The notes: generated by a model not told the origin, from the letters alone. Numbered from the stretch's first letter, positions 6,945 through 16,528 are shown. The stretch is 43,102 nt of DNA from Candidatus Uhrbacteria bacterium CG_4_10_14_3_um_filter_41_21 (GCA_002782865.1 PFJC01000004.1:1-43102); one strand, 5' to 3'. Numbers and translations: made by a program.

Positions 6945-7970
6945 ATGAAAAAATTGATTCCAATTTTACTGATACTTTTCGCCTTACCGGCTTTTGTGGG
7001 TGCGCAAGCAACCAGTGAAATTGAGGCAGTGGTTATTGAGGTAATCAATGATCAACAAATTATTGCTCAAGATTTTTCAGGCAATGAATACGAAGCTCTG
7101 TTGTCATCAACAAAAACAGATGGCTATGATTATAATTTAAAAGCAGGGGATAAGGTGTATCTGCAAATTATAGAATTTAGTGACAACACGGAGCAGATTT
7201 ATTTTGGTGATGTTAATCGCTTGGCCGGTCTGTGGTGGATTTTTATAATTTTTGCGATTTTAGCCATTGCTATTGGCAGACGGGGAGGATTATTTGCTCT
7301 AGTTGGATTAATGGTCACGATCGCAATTTTATTTGGCTGGGTTTTTCCAAAGATTATTGCTGGAGCTGATCCTGTTCTAATAGTTATCTTGGGCGCGGTG
7401 GTTATTTTGGGAGTTAATATGCACTTAACTCACGGTTTTAGAAAGGCGACCTTTATTGCTTTTTTAAGTACGGTCGTTGGCTTGGTTTTTGTTTTGATTT
7501 TTTCTTATCTGTTTGTCTCGCTTGGAAGTTTGACCGGACTGGCGACTGAAGATGCGGTCATGTTGTTTGCCGGTGCGAGCGGTTTGATAATTCCGAAAGG
7601 TATTTTGTTGGTCGGTATAATTTTAGGAGCGGTTGGTGTTTTGGATGATATTGCCATTACTCAACAGGAAACCGTTTTTGAAATTGGCTCGGCTGATCCG
7701 AGTTTGGATAAAAAAGAATTGTTTAAACGGGCAATGAATGTTGGCCGGCATCACATAGCTTCGGTTATAAATACGCTGGTGTTGGCATATGTTGGCGTGG
7801 CACTCCCGCTTTTTCTGATTTTTATGATGAATGACACGATTTCCATCACAAGATTTTTAAATGAAGAATTTGTGGCTGAAGAAATAATCAGAACTTTGGC
7901 TGGAACATTAGCTTTGATTCTGACTGTGCCGATTGCCACTTGGTTTGCAATTTTGATCAGAAAACGATAA
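6945..7970 (+). CDS. YibE/F-like integral membrane protein
   Basis: Signal peptide, ~90-aa extracytoplasmic domain, then 6-7 TM helices. Family assignment is from memory only. Confidence 0.5.
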   Translation: MKKLIPILLILFALPAFVGAQATSEIEAVVIEVINDQQIIAQDFSGNEYEALLSSTKTDGYDYNLKAGDKVYLQIIEFSDNTEQIYFGDVNRLAGLWWIFIIFAILAIAIGRRGGLFALVGLMVTIAILFGWVFPKIIAGADPVLIVILGAVVILGVNMHLTHGFRKATFIAFLSTVVGLVFVLIFSYLFVSLGSLTGLATEDAVMLFAGASGLIIPKGILLVGIILGAVGVLDDIAITQQETVFEIGSADPSLDKKELFKRAMNVGRHHIASVINTLVLAYVGVALPLFLIFMMNDTISITRFLNEEFVAEEIIRTLAGTLALILTVPIATWFAILIRKR

Positions 7971-7983
7971 TCTTTCTACTATT

Positions 7984-9237
7984 ATGAAACAATCACAGCT
8001 TTTTACGCGAACCTCAAAAGAGGCACCAGCTGACGCAGAATCAGCAAATGCTAAGTATTTAGTGCAGGCCGGATTTGTAGATCAGCTTACAGCCGGAGTT
8101 TATACCTATTTACCGCTTGGGCTTCGTGTTTTGCGCAAAATTCAAAATATTGTTCGAGAAGAAATAGACGCTATCGGCGGACAAGAGATTTTAATGCCGG
8201 GACTTACTCCAAAAAAAGTTTGGGAAGACACCGGGCGCTGGGATAGCATTGATGTTTTATTTCGGCTTGAAGGAGCGGGGAATAAAGAGTATGCGCTTGC
8301 AGCCACTGCCGAAGATATTGTAACACCACTTATAAAACAGTTTGCTCAGTCATATAAAGATTTTCCGGTTTTGGTTTATCAAATAAGTGACAAGTTTAGA
8401 AATGAACTTAGGGCAAAGTCCGGAATACTGCGAGGGCGCGAGTTTAACATGAAAGATCTTTACAGCTTTCATTTAACTCAGGAAGGTTTTGATGAATTTT
8501 ACGAAGTTGCCAAAGGGGCTTATTTAAAAGTTTACGAAAGATGCGGTTTGCAGGCGATTGTTACCAAGGCGAGCGGTGGAGATTTTACTAAGAAGTTTAG
8601 TCACGAATTCCAGGTAGAAACTGAAGCAGGAGAGGATACAATTTATATTGATAAAGAAACCGGGGAGGCTTCAAACAAAGAAGTGGTAGAGGAGGCGGAT
8701 TGGGATAATACGGATAAGTACGAAATCAAAAAGACAATTGAGGTTGGAAATATTTTTCCGCTTGAGTCTAGATTTTCAAATGCGATTGACTTTAAAGTGC
8801 CAGATGAAAATGATCATCAAACCGAAATTATCATGGGAAGTTACGGAATAGGTCCAAGTCGAGTGATGGGGTCAATTGTTGAAGTGATGCACGACGACCG
8901 AGGAATCATTTGGCCAAAGAGTGTGGCACCGTTTGCAGTTCATTTAATTTCTTTAAGTTCAAAGACTGACCAAAAGAAGATTGATGGTGAGGCTGAGAGG
9001 ATTTATAAGGAACTGACAAAATCTAGAGTTGAGGTTTTGTGGGATGACCGAGCCGATGTTTCGGCAGGCGCTAAGTTTGCTGATTCTGATTTGATTGGAA
9101 TCCCATTGCGATTGGTTGTATCTGATAAAACATTAGATCAAGATTCAGTTGAATGGAAGGAACGCGCTAGCACTGAAATGGAAATGGTGGGATTGGGTGA
9201 CATTAAAGCAAAGGTTGAAGACTGGGCTCAGGCATAG
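7984..9237 (+). CDS. proS: prolyl-tRNA synthetase, short form lacking the INS editing domain
   Basis: MKQSQLFTRTSKEAPADAES..YLVQAGF N-terminus, class II motif 2 FRNELRAKSGILRGREFNMKDLYSFH, motif 3 GSYGIGPSRV, and a C-terminal anticodon-binding domain. Confidence 0.9.
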   Translation: MKQSQLFTRTSKEAPADAESANAKYLVQAGFVDQLTAGVYTYLPLGLRVLRKIQNIVREEIDAIGGQEILMPGLTPKKVWEDTGRWDSIDVLFRLEGAGNKEYALAATAEDIVTPLIKQFAQSYKDFPVLVYQISDKFRNELRAKSGILRGREFNMKDLYSFHLTQEGFDEFYEVAKGAYLKVYERCGLQAIVTKASGGDFTKKFSHEFQVETEAGEDTIYIDKETGEASNKEVVEEADWDNTDKYEIKKTIEVGNIFPLESRFSNAIDFKVPDENDHQTEIIMGSYGIGPSRVMGSIVEVMHDDRGIIWPKSVAPFAVHLISLSSKTDQKKIDGEAERIYKELTKSRVEVLWDDRADVSAGAKFADSDLIGIPLRLVVSDKTLDQDSVEWKERASTEMEMVGLGDIKAKVEDWAQA

Positions 9238-9260
9238 GTCCCATTGGTCCTATACGATCT

Positions 9261-9308
9261 GTTAAGTAAACGACCACCGACCCTCAGGTCGGCGGTCGTT
9301 TACTTAAC
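9261..9308. terminator. 22-bp-stem hairpin between convergent proS and hup
   Basis: GTTAAGTAAACGACCACCGACC-CTCA-GGTCGGCGGTCGTTTACTTAAC with one A-C mismatch. No adjacent T-tract on the plus strand, so it may be a repeat or stabiliser rather than a classical terminator. Confidence 0.45.
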
Positions 9309-9359
9309 AAAAAAACACCAAAAAACACCGCCATCCTGACAGTGTTTTTTCTCTTGATC

Positions 9360-9662
9360 TTATTCAGCAGAAGTTGACGAGGCGCTTCCTTTAAGCTCAT
9401 CTTTTAACTTTTTTCCTGCTTTGAACTTTGGCACCTTAACTGCCGGTACATCAATAATCTCATTTGGCTTACGCGGGTTAACGCCTTTGCGGGCATGACG
9501 AACTCTTGATGAAAAGGTTCCGAACCCGGCAATGGTCACCTCATCATTTTTCTTAAGAGCGTCAATTATCACATCTTGAAAAATGGCAATAAAATCTTCA
9601 GCTTCTTTTTTAGTAATACTTAGCTGTTCTGCTATTTTAAGTGCAAGAGTTGCTTTATTCAT
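9360..9662 (-). CDS. hup: HU-family DNA-binding protein
   Basis: MNKATLALKIAEQL...GFGTFSSRVRHARKGVNPRKP...VPKFKAGKKLK. Confidence 0.92.
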   Translation of the reverse strand: MNKATLALKIAEQLSITKKEAEDFIAIFQDVIIDALKKNDEVTIAGFGTFSSRVRHARKGVNPRKPNEIIDVPAVKVPKFKAGKKLKDELKGSASSTSAE

Positions 9663-9716
9663 AGGAAGGTTTGATGTTCGATATTTTATCTAATGTTAGG
9701 AATTAAATCAAGCAGT

Positions 9717-9789
9717 TTTAGATTGTAGAAGTTTAGACCAGTAGACTGATAGAATTCGAGATCTGTAGCTCTATTGGTCTAATTTCTAA
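9717..9789. repeat. AT-rich imperfect palindrome, copy B (inverted relative to 2770-2841)
   Basis: TTTAGACCAGTAGACTGATAGAATTCGAGATCTGTAGCTCTATTGGTCTAATTTCTAA aligns with the reverse complement of copy A with only a few substitutions. Confidence 0.75.
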
Positions 9790-9793
9790 TAAT

Positions 9794-11329
9794 CTACCTT
9801 GCGTATTCCATTGTCCTGGTTTCTCGAATCACTGTTACTTTTACTTCACCCGGATATGTTAATTCGCTTTCAATCTTTTTGGCAATATTTTTTGCCAGTT
9901 CGTGAGCGCCGTAGTCATCAATTTGTCCAGGCTCAACAAATACTCGCACTTCGCGACCGGCTTGAATGGCATAGGCTTTTTCAACTCCTTCAAATCCCAT
10001 GGCAGTATCTTCCAGGTTTTGTAGACGAGTAATGTACTCTTCAATTGTACTTCGTCTAGCCCCAGGGCGAGCGCCGCTGATTGCGTCGGCTGCTTTAACA
10101 ATTACGCCGGAAAGAGTTTTTGGTTTATCTTCGTGATGGGCAACTGATTGGTAACACATTTCTTCTGGGAAGCCGAATTTTTTCATGATGTTATAACCAA
10201 TTTGAGGGTGAGCGCCTTGCATATCGTGGTCAACTGCTTTTCCAATGTCGTGAAAAAGTCCACCTTTTTTACATTCAAAAGCGTCGGCCCCCAATTCGTC
10301 AGCCAGCATTCCGGAAATTCTGGCAACTTCAATTGAGTGTTGCAAAACATTTTGGCCATAGCTGGTTCTGAATTTTAGTCTTCCTAAAATAGAAACTAGC
10401 TTTGGATCAATTGATGAAACTGGAATTCCAAGCTCGTAAAGAGCATCTTCGCCAGCTTTTTTCATTTCTTTGGCTAATTCTTTTTTAGCTTGGTTAACAG
10501 CGTCTTCAATTCTAGCTGGTTGAATACGACCGTCTTTGATTAACATTTCCAATGATCGCTTAGCAACTTGCCGACGAACAGGTGAAAACCCGCTGATGGT
10601 AATCATCTCTGGAGTGTCGTCGATAATCAACTCACAACCGGTTAGCCTTTCTAAAGTTTTAATGTTTCGACCTTCTTTACCAATAATTCTTCCTTTCATT
10701 TCGTCGTTTGGAAGTTCAACCAAAGTTGTGGTGGTATCAACCACATGGCTTGAGGCAAATCTTTGAATGGCAAGCGAAAGCATTTTTTGTGCTTTTTTAT
10801 CTAGCTCTTCTTCGCCGTCTTGTTCGAGTTTGTGAATTCGGTTAAGCAACACTTCTTTGCTGTTTTCTTCAACAGCTTTAAAAAGTTCTTCTCGAGCTTG
10901 GTCTTTTGACAGCCCAGCTACTTGTTGAAGTTTGGTTTTTTGTTCTTCTCGAATTGCTTCAATGTCGTCACGGACCTTGAGAACATCAGCTTTTTGTTGT
11001 TCTAGTTTTGTTTTAGTGTCTTCAAGCTCAAGTAATTTTTTATCAAATTTGTTTTCCCTGGCTTCTAATCTTTGCTGGGCACTGCGGATTTCTCGGCGGT
11101 CTTCCTCTGTTTCTCTTTTACTCTCTTCTAATGTTTTAAGAGCTTTTTCTTTAGCGCTGATTAGGACTTCTTGTTCTTTTTCTTTGGCATCTTTAAGGAT
11201 TTTCTCGGCGCGGGCTTCAGCGGATTTGACTTTGCCTTTTACAAGTATCTTTCGGATAATTATTCCCAGAAGAACTCCTATAAAAAGACCCCCAAATCCT
11301 ATGAGCACAGCTAAATATAGCGTTGGCAT
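9794..11329 (-). CDS. rny: ribonuclease Y
   Basis: N-terminal TM helix, long coiled-coil, KH motif GRIIGKEGRNIK, HD domain FHDIGK. Confidence 0.93.
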   Translation of the reverse strand: MPTLYLAVLIGFGGLFIGVLLGIIIRKILVKGKVKSAEARAEKILKDAKEKEQEVLISAKEKALKTLEESKRETEEDRREIRSAQQRLEARENKFDKKLLELEDTKTKLEQQKADVLKVRDDIEAIREEQKTKLQQVAGLSKDQAREELFKAVEENSKEVLLNRIHKLEQDGEEELDKKAQKMLSLAIQRFASSHVVDTTTTLVELPNDEMKGRIIGKEGRNIKTLERLTGCELIIDDTPEMITISGFSPVRRQVAKRSLEMLIKDGRIQPARIEDAVNQAKKELAKEMKKAGEDALYELGIPVSSIDPKLVSILGRLKFRTSYGQNVLQHSIEVARISGMLADELGADAFECKKGGLFHDIGKAVDHDMQGAHPQIGYNIMKKFGFPEEMCYQSVAHHEDKPKTLSGVIVKAADAISGARPGARRSTIEEYITRLQNLEDTAMGFEGVEKAYAIQAGREVRVFVEPGQIDDYGAHELAKNIAKKIESELTYPGEVKVTVIRETRTMEYAR

Positions 11330-11535
11330 AGTTTATTGGAGTTCAGAAATGAAAACAGACAGGTATTACTACCTTAGTTTTGTGATTAGGTTGTCACGGA
11401 ATTTCGTAAAGTTTCTTTGATTTGAGTCGCAGAGCACTTTGCACGAGTTTTGTTTATTGTAACAATCATATCCGGAATCTGTACCTGTCGCCATTCTGAA
11501 CAGTTATTTTAATGAATGACACACCAAAGGTATCA

Positions 11536-12306
11536 TTATATTGCTTTTTCGTCAATTGCCATTTCTTTTAAGGATTTTACCAATATCTGCCAATTATTAG
11601 CTGTCAGATCCTTTAGTTTGATGGCATTTTGAAGCTCAAATTTTCCAATTGAGGTTCGCTTTAAATTGCGCAGATAGCCAACAGTCCCAAGCTCTGCTGC
11701 TAGATCACGAGCTAAGGCTCGGACATAAGTTCCAGAGGAGCATTTAATATGTGCGCTTATGATTTGTGTTTTTTGCTCAACAGGTCTCCCGGAGACCTGC
11801 GGAATTTTGGGTTCGATCATGGTGAATTCTTTGACTCTAATTTTACGAGGCTCAACCCGGACTTCTTCACCTTTACGGGCTGACTTGTACAATCGTTTAC
11901 CCCCGACTTTGATGGCGGAGTGCATTGGTGGTATTTGATCGATCTCGCCGGTGAGTTTTTTCATCGCGTTTTCGATTTCATCGCGCCGTAGGGGCGTATG
12001 ACCATACGCCCCTACGCGATTAAAAATCACCTCGGTTTCTGTATCCAAACTTGCAGTGGTTGCACCAAGCACAATTTGCGCTTCGTAGGTTTTGTCCATT
12101 CCAACAAACTTTGAAATCTCTCTGGTGGTCTCACGACCAATGGCTATAATCAAAAGTCCGGTGGCAAATGGATCAAGCGTACCAGCGTGACCAATTTTTT
12201 TAATGCCTGTCAGTCTGCGCAAAACATCAACAACATCGTGGCTGGTAATCCTCGCCGGCTTGTCGATAAGAATAAAACCTGATTGTGGATCGGTCGTGTT
12301 TAACAT
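11536..12306 (-). CDS. truB: tRNA pseudouridine(55) synthase TruB (short, no PUA domain evident)
   Basis: GFILIDKPARITSHDVV and the catalytic GHAGTLDPFATGLL motif, plus QIPPMHSAIKVGGKRLY. Confidence 0.9.
   Translation of the reverse strand: MLNTTDPQSGFILIDKPARITSHDVVDVLRRLTGIKKIGHAGTLDPFATGLLIIAIGRETTREISKFVGMDKTYEAQIVLGATTASLDTETEVIFNRVGAYGHTPLRRDEIENAMKKLTGEIDQIPPMHSAIKVGGKRLYKSARKGEEVRVEPRKIRVKEFTMIEPKIPQVSGRPVEQKTQIISAHIKCSSGTYVRALARDLAAELGTVGYLRNLKRTSIGKFELQNAIKLKDLTANNWQILVKSLKEMAIDEKAI
11988..12015. repeat. perfect 13-bp-arm GC-rich palindrome inside the truB reading frame
   Basis: GTAGGGGCGTATG-AC-CATACGCCCCTAC, translated on the minus strand as VGAYGHTPL. Confidence 0.85.
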
Positions 12307-12324
12307 ATACTAGGAGAGTAACAT

Positions 12325-12771
12325 ATGCGATACCATTACGGCTATACAAATATCGATGTCATTGGCGCAGTAGTAATTGTGTTTACCGCGATGCTTATTG
12401 TGGCGATGTTTGCCAATCCTGTGCAAAAGTTTGAGTTTGAGCAAGACGAGGTGCTAGCAGACGGCGTGCGTGATTATATGGAAGCGATGCTGGAGCTAGA
12501 AGAAAATGATCCAGAAGTGTTTTGGGAGATTGCTTTCCAGGTTTATGAGAAAGAAGTCTCGGTTGGTGCTTGCACGCAGTGTGTTGATGTTAGCTCATAT
12601 TTAGTTCCAGATTATATTGAGGCTTTGCCAACAGATCTGGATGGCGGATATACAGAGGATAAAACTGGTTATTACTTTTTATTTGAAGATGATGTTCTGG
12701 AAATCGGCGCAAATTCTCCGCACGGTGATTTGCCAATTAGGTTGCTGTGGTTTGTAAAAGAAATAGAGTAG
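12325..12771 (+). CDS. hypothetical acidic protein with an N-terminal membrane anchor
   Basis: MRYHYG/YTNIDVIGAVVIVFTAMLIVAMF loosely resembles a prepilin-type leader (Gly, then Asp at +5). The rest has no recognisable family. Confidence 0.4.
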   Translation: MRYHYGYTNIDVIGAVVIVFTAMLIVAMFANPVQKFEFEQDEVLADGVRDYMEAMLELEENDPEVFWEIAFQVYEKEVSVGACTQCVDVSSYLVPDYIEALPTDLDGGYTEDKTGYYFLFEDDVLEIGANSPHGDLPIRLLWFVKEIE

Positions 12772-12855
12772 GGGTGAAAGGGGCAATAGGGGCCGGAAGT
12801 CCATAATGGTAACTATTTCATTGACCAAAACTCGCTTCTGCGGTATTCTCGGGCC

Positions 12856-14901
12856 ATGAACATTTCAGAACTCGCTCGAAAATTACGAGTTTCTACAGAT
12901 GAGCTACGGGCAAAATTGCCGGAGCTTGGTTTTGACATTGGAGCTAAAGCTATCAAAATTCCAGATAGAGATGCCGGTAGAATCGAATATTCATGGCGTC
13001 AGTATAAAAAGCGTCAATTTTTAGATAAGAAACGAGCTGAGCAGAAAGCTAGAGCTGATCTTAAATTAAAGGTTCAAGAGGGAACGGCTGAAAAGATATT
13101 ATTACCATCATCTATCAGTGTTCGTGATTTTGCAGAAAAATTAAATTTGCCGATCGCCAAAGTAATGCAGGAATTAATGCGGGCTGGAATTTTGGCGTCA
13201 CTTAATGAAAGAATCGATTTTGAAAGTGCTTCAATTGTTGCTGAAGACTTAGGTTATATCGCCGAGTCAGAAGAAGAGGTAACTATTGAAGATCACGACT
13301 TGGAAGGTTTGGAAAAATTAGAAAAAGCTTTGGAGATGCATGAAAGTAAAAACATGCAACCACGCGCTCCGGTGATTGTGGTAATGGGGCATGTTGACCA
13401 CGGTAAAACAAGAATTCTAGACTCAATCCGAAATACAAATGTTATTGATACAGAGCACGGTGGAATCACTCAGCATATTGGTGCCTACCAAGTTCGTCGC
13501 AAAGAGCATGAGTTATCATTTATTGATACTCCGGGTCACGAAGCTTTTACAGTGATGCGTTCTCGTGGCGCTAAAGTAGCTGACATTGCAATTTTAGTTG
13601 TAGCGGCCGACGATGGCGTTCAGCCTCAGACTCGCGAAGCCATCGATATTATCAAAGCGGCTAAAATTCCGTTTGTAGTGGCTATCAATAAAATCGACAA
13701 AGACAACGCCAATATTGAAAAAGTAAAAAATCAACTTTCAGCCGAAGCCGGACTTATTCCGGAAGATTGGGGAGGAAAGACAATTATGGTGCCAGTTTCT
13801 GCTAAGCAAGGAACAAATATTGATGATTTGCTTGATATGATTTTGCTGGTGGCTGATATGGAAAAGGATCATATTATTGCTGATCCTGACCGCTTAGCAC
13901 TTGGAACAATCATTGAGTCAAATGTTGATAAAGCCGAAGGGCCGGTTGCAACTGTATTGGTTCAATCAGGAACTTTAAAGGTTGGAGATTCGTTGGGTCT
14001 ACGGGGAGCTTTGTACGGAAAGGTAAGAGCCATGAGAACTTGGGATGGAAAGGATGTAAAAGTTGCACCACCATCAACTCCGGTTAAAATTTTAGGCTTT
14101 AAAGTAGCGCCGGCTATTGGAGATATTTTAGAAGTGCCGGAGAATCCAAAAGATTTGGAAAAACTTAAGTCTCAGCCAAATCGAAAATCAAGCGTTGACG
14201 AAATGACTGTTCGTAAGACTAAATCAGCTGACAATGGCGAGGAATCAGGATCATCAGAAAGAACTCAAAAAGTAATGCTTAACCTTATTGTTCGAGCTGA
14301 TGTGCTTGGATCGCTAGAAGCTATTTTGGGAATGATGGAAAAAATCGACAGTCCTTATGTTGGTGTGAAGATCGTCTCAAAGGGGCTGGGCTATATTACT
14401 GAATCTGACATTTTAAACGCAGACGCTACTGGCGCAATGTTGATTGCTTTCAATGTTAAGCCATCTACTGCAGCCTCGGTTTTAGCTCGCGATAAAGGAG
14501 TGGACGTTTTTCAGTACAATGTTATTTACAAACTGTTTGAAGAAGTAGTTGAAAAGTTGCGAGTACTGATTCCGGCAGAATTGATTTACACAGAACTTGG
14601 TTCAATCAGCATTTTGGCGGTTTTTCAAAAGTCACCAAAGGGAATGATTGTTGGAGGCCAGGTTAACAAAGGAAGGGTAGAACTTGGAGCCACAGCTCGG
14701 GTTATGCGGGAAGATAAAATTATCGCTGAAGGAAAAATTGGTTCACTTCAAGAAGGAAAAATGGATGTTAAGTTTGTTGAACAAGGCAATCAATGCGGAA
14801 TGGAGTTTGTCGGTAAGGCAAAAATTGAAGTAGGTGATATTTTGGAAATTTATAAAGAAGAAGAACACGCCCGCGTTTTGAATGTAGCTGGTGCGAAGTA
14901 G
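12856..14901 (+). CDS. infB: translation initiation factor IF-2
   Basis: G-domain [30 protein letters not shown], and IF-2 C-terminal domains. Confidence 0.95.
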   Translation: MNISELARKLRVSTDELRAKLPELGFDIGAKAIKIPDRDAGRIEYSWRQYKKRQFLDKKRAEQKARADLKLKVQEGTAEKILLPSSISVRDFAEKLNLPIAKVMQELMRAGILASLNERIDFESASIVAEDLGYIAESEEEVTIEDHDLEGLEKLEKALEMHESKNMQPRAPVIVVMGHVDHGKTRILDSIRNTNVIDTEHGGITQHIGAYQVRRKEHELSFIDTPGHEAFTVMRSRGAKVADIAILVVAADDGVQPQTREAIDIIKAAKIPFVVAINKIDKDNANIEKVKNQLSAEAGLIPEDWGGKTIMVPVSAKQGTNIDDLLDMILLVADMEKDHIIADPDRLALGTIIESNVDKAEGPVATVLVQSGTLKVGDSLGLRGALYGKVRAMRTWDGKDVKVAPPSTPVKILGFKVAPAIGDILEVPENPKDLEKLKSQPNRKSSVDEMTVRKTKSADNGEESGSSERTQKVMLNLIVRADVLGSLEAILGMMEKIDSPYVGVKIVSKGLGYITESDILNADATGAMLIAFNVKPSTAASVLARDKGVDVFQYNVIYKLFEEVVEKLRVLIPAELIYTELGSISILAVFQKSPKGMIVGGQVNKGRVELGATARVMREDKIIAEGKIGSLQEGKMDVKFVEQGNQCGMEFVGKAKIEVGDILEIYKEEEHARVLNVAGAK

Positions 14902-14945
14902 AAGGGTAAAAAGGGCGACACGAGTAATATGGGTAATATCGAGAA

Positions 14946-14968
14946 AGAGGGCTTTGCCCCTCTTTTTT
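14946..14968 (+). terminator. intrinsic terminator after infB
   Basis: AGAGGG-CTTTGC-CCCTCT followed by TTTTTT. Confidence 0.6.
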
Positions 14969-15048
14969 GTTTGTGCTACAATCCCAGCGCTCGATAGCTA
15001 TCAGTTATCCTGCTATTCCCTCTATTATCTATAACCTATAATCTTTTT

Positions 15049-15360
15049 ATGGAACTCACAACCGATAATTTTGACTCAACAGTTTTACAAGCTAAAGAAC
15101 CGGTGCTAGTTGATTTTTGGGCAAGTTGGTGCGGGCCATGCAAGGTAATGTCACCGATTGTTGAGGAATTAGCTGGCGAAATGGAAGGAGTGATTATTGG
15201 AAAAGTTAATGTTGATGAAAACCCGGACTTAGCTAGGCAATTCAATATTCTTTCAATCCCAACTTTTATTATCTTCAAAGGTGGGCAAGCAGTAGAACAG
15301 TTCTCGGGATCGATGAGCAAAGAGATGTTAAAAGAAAAAATGGAAGGACATCTGGGGTAA
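15049..15360 (+). CDS. trxA: thioredoxin
   Basis: VDFWASWCGPCK active site. Confidence 0.93.
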   Translation: MELTTDNFDSTVLQAKEPVLVDFWASWCGPCKVMSPIVEELAGEMEGVIIGKVNVDENPDLARQFNILSIPTFIIFKGGQAVEQFSGSMSKEMLKEKMEGHLG

Positions 15361-15436
15361 AAGTATTCAGGTGATCAAGTATTCGAGATAGAATTATTAA
15401 TTTAATCTCCCCAGTTATGAGGAGTTAAGAGTGGCA

Positions 15437-15469
15437 AAAGGACGAGTCGTAGGGCTCGTCCTTTGATTT
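15437..15469 (+). terminator. intrinsic terminator after trxA
   Basis: AAAGGACGAG-TCGTAGGG-CTCGTCCTTT followed by GATTT. Confidence 0.6.
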
Positions 15470-15572
15470 AACAATTTAAATATACCCCCCTGGGGGGTGT
15501 ACGAAATATTTCGATAGGAGTACACTTAAATTTGAAAATCGGAGGAAGTAAAATTAACTAATTTACTTAGTT

Positions 15573-16496
15573 ATGGAAATACGAAAAACTATAATTATTG
15601 GCTCGGGGCCGGCTGGGTACACGGCCGGAATTTACACGGCTAGAGCAGAGCTAAAACCTCTTTTGATATCCGGATCTGAGCCAGGCGGACAGCTTATGAC
15701 AACGACCGAGGTTGAAAATTGGCCGGGTGAGCCTGAGGGAATTATGGGGCCAGATCTTATTGAAAATTTAAAAAAACAAGCAGTTAAGTTTGGGACAGAA
15801 ATTTTAGCTGACACTGTGACTGAAGTTGATTTTTCAAGCAAACCGTTTGTTGTAAAAACATCGGACAAAGAATTTCAAACTGATTCGATAATTATTGCGA
15901 CCGGCGCTTCGGCAATGTGGCTGGGTGTTCCAGGTGAAGAAAAACTAAAAGGCAAGGGAGTTTCTGCTTGTGCGACTTGCGACGGATTTTTCTTTCGCGA
16001 CAAAAAAGTTGTGGTTGTGGGAGGAGGAGACGCCGCGCTTGAGGAAGCAACGTTTTTAACAAGGTTTGCGTCTGAAATAACGATCTTAGTTAGGCGAGAT
16101 GAATTTAAAGCTTCTAAACCAATGCAAGAGCGGGCGCTCAATAATCCAAAAATCAAAGTGTTGTGGAACACTGAAGCGATTGAATTGATTGGGCAAGAAA
16201 AGTTAGAGCTAGTCAAGATTAAAAATAATCAAACCGGTGAAGAGTCGGAGCTTGAAGCTGAAGGTTATTTTGCCTCAATTGGTCATAAACCAAACACGAA
16301 AATTTTTGAAGGATTGCTAGAGCTTGACCACAAGGGCTACATTAAAGTGAAACCCAATACTACAAAAACAAATATCGAAGGCGTTTTTGCCTGTGGCGAT
16401 GTGATTGATCCGTTTTATCGGCAAGCAATCACAGCCGCAGGGTCAGGGTGTATAGCTGCACTAGACGCCGAGCGTTATTTGTCGGCAAAAGAATAA
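15573..16496 (+). CDS. trxB: thioredoxin-disulfide reductase
   Basis: GSGPAGYTAG FAD motif, redox CATCDG, GGGDAA NADPH motif. Confidence 0.93.
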   Translation: MEIRKTIIIGSGPAGYTAGIYTARAELKPLLISGSEPGGQLMTTTEVENWPGEPEGIMGPDLIENLKKQAVKFGTEILADTVTEVDFSSKPFVVKTSDKEFQTDSIIIATGASAMWLGVPGEEKLKGKGVSACATCDGFFFRDKKVVVVGGGDAALEEATFLTRFASEITILVRRDEFKASKPMQERALNNPKIKVLWNTEAIELIGQEKLELVKIKNNQTGEESELEAEGYFASIGHKPNTKIFEGLLELDHKGYIKVKPNTTKTNIEGVFACGDVIDPFYRQAITAAGSGCIAALDAERYLSAKE

Positions 16497-16528
16497 ATAG
16501 CCCCTAACCCCTGCGATAATTAATAAAT

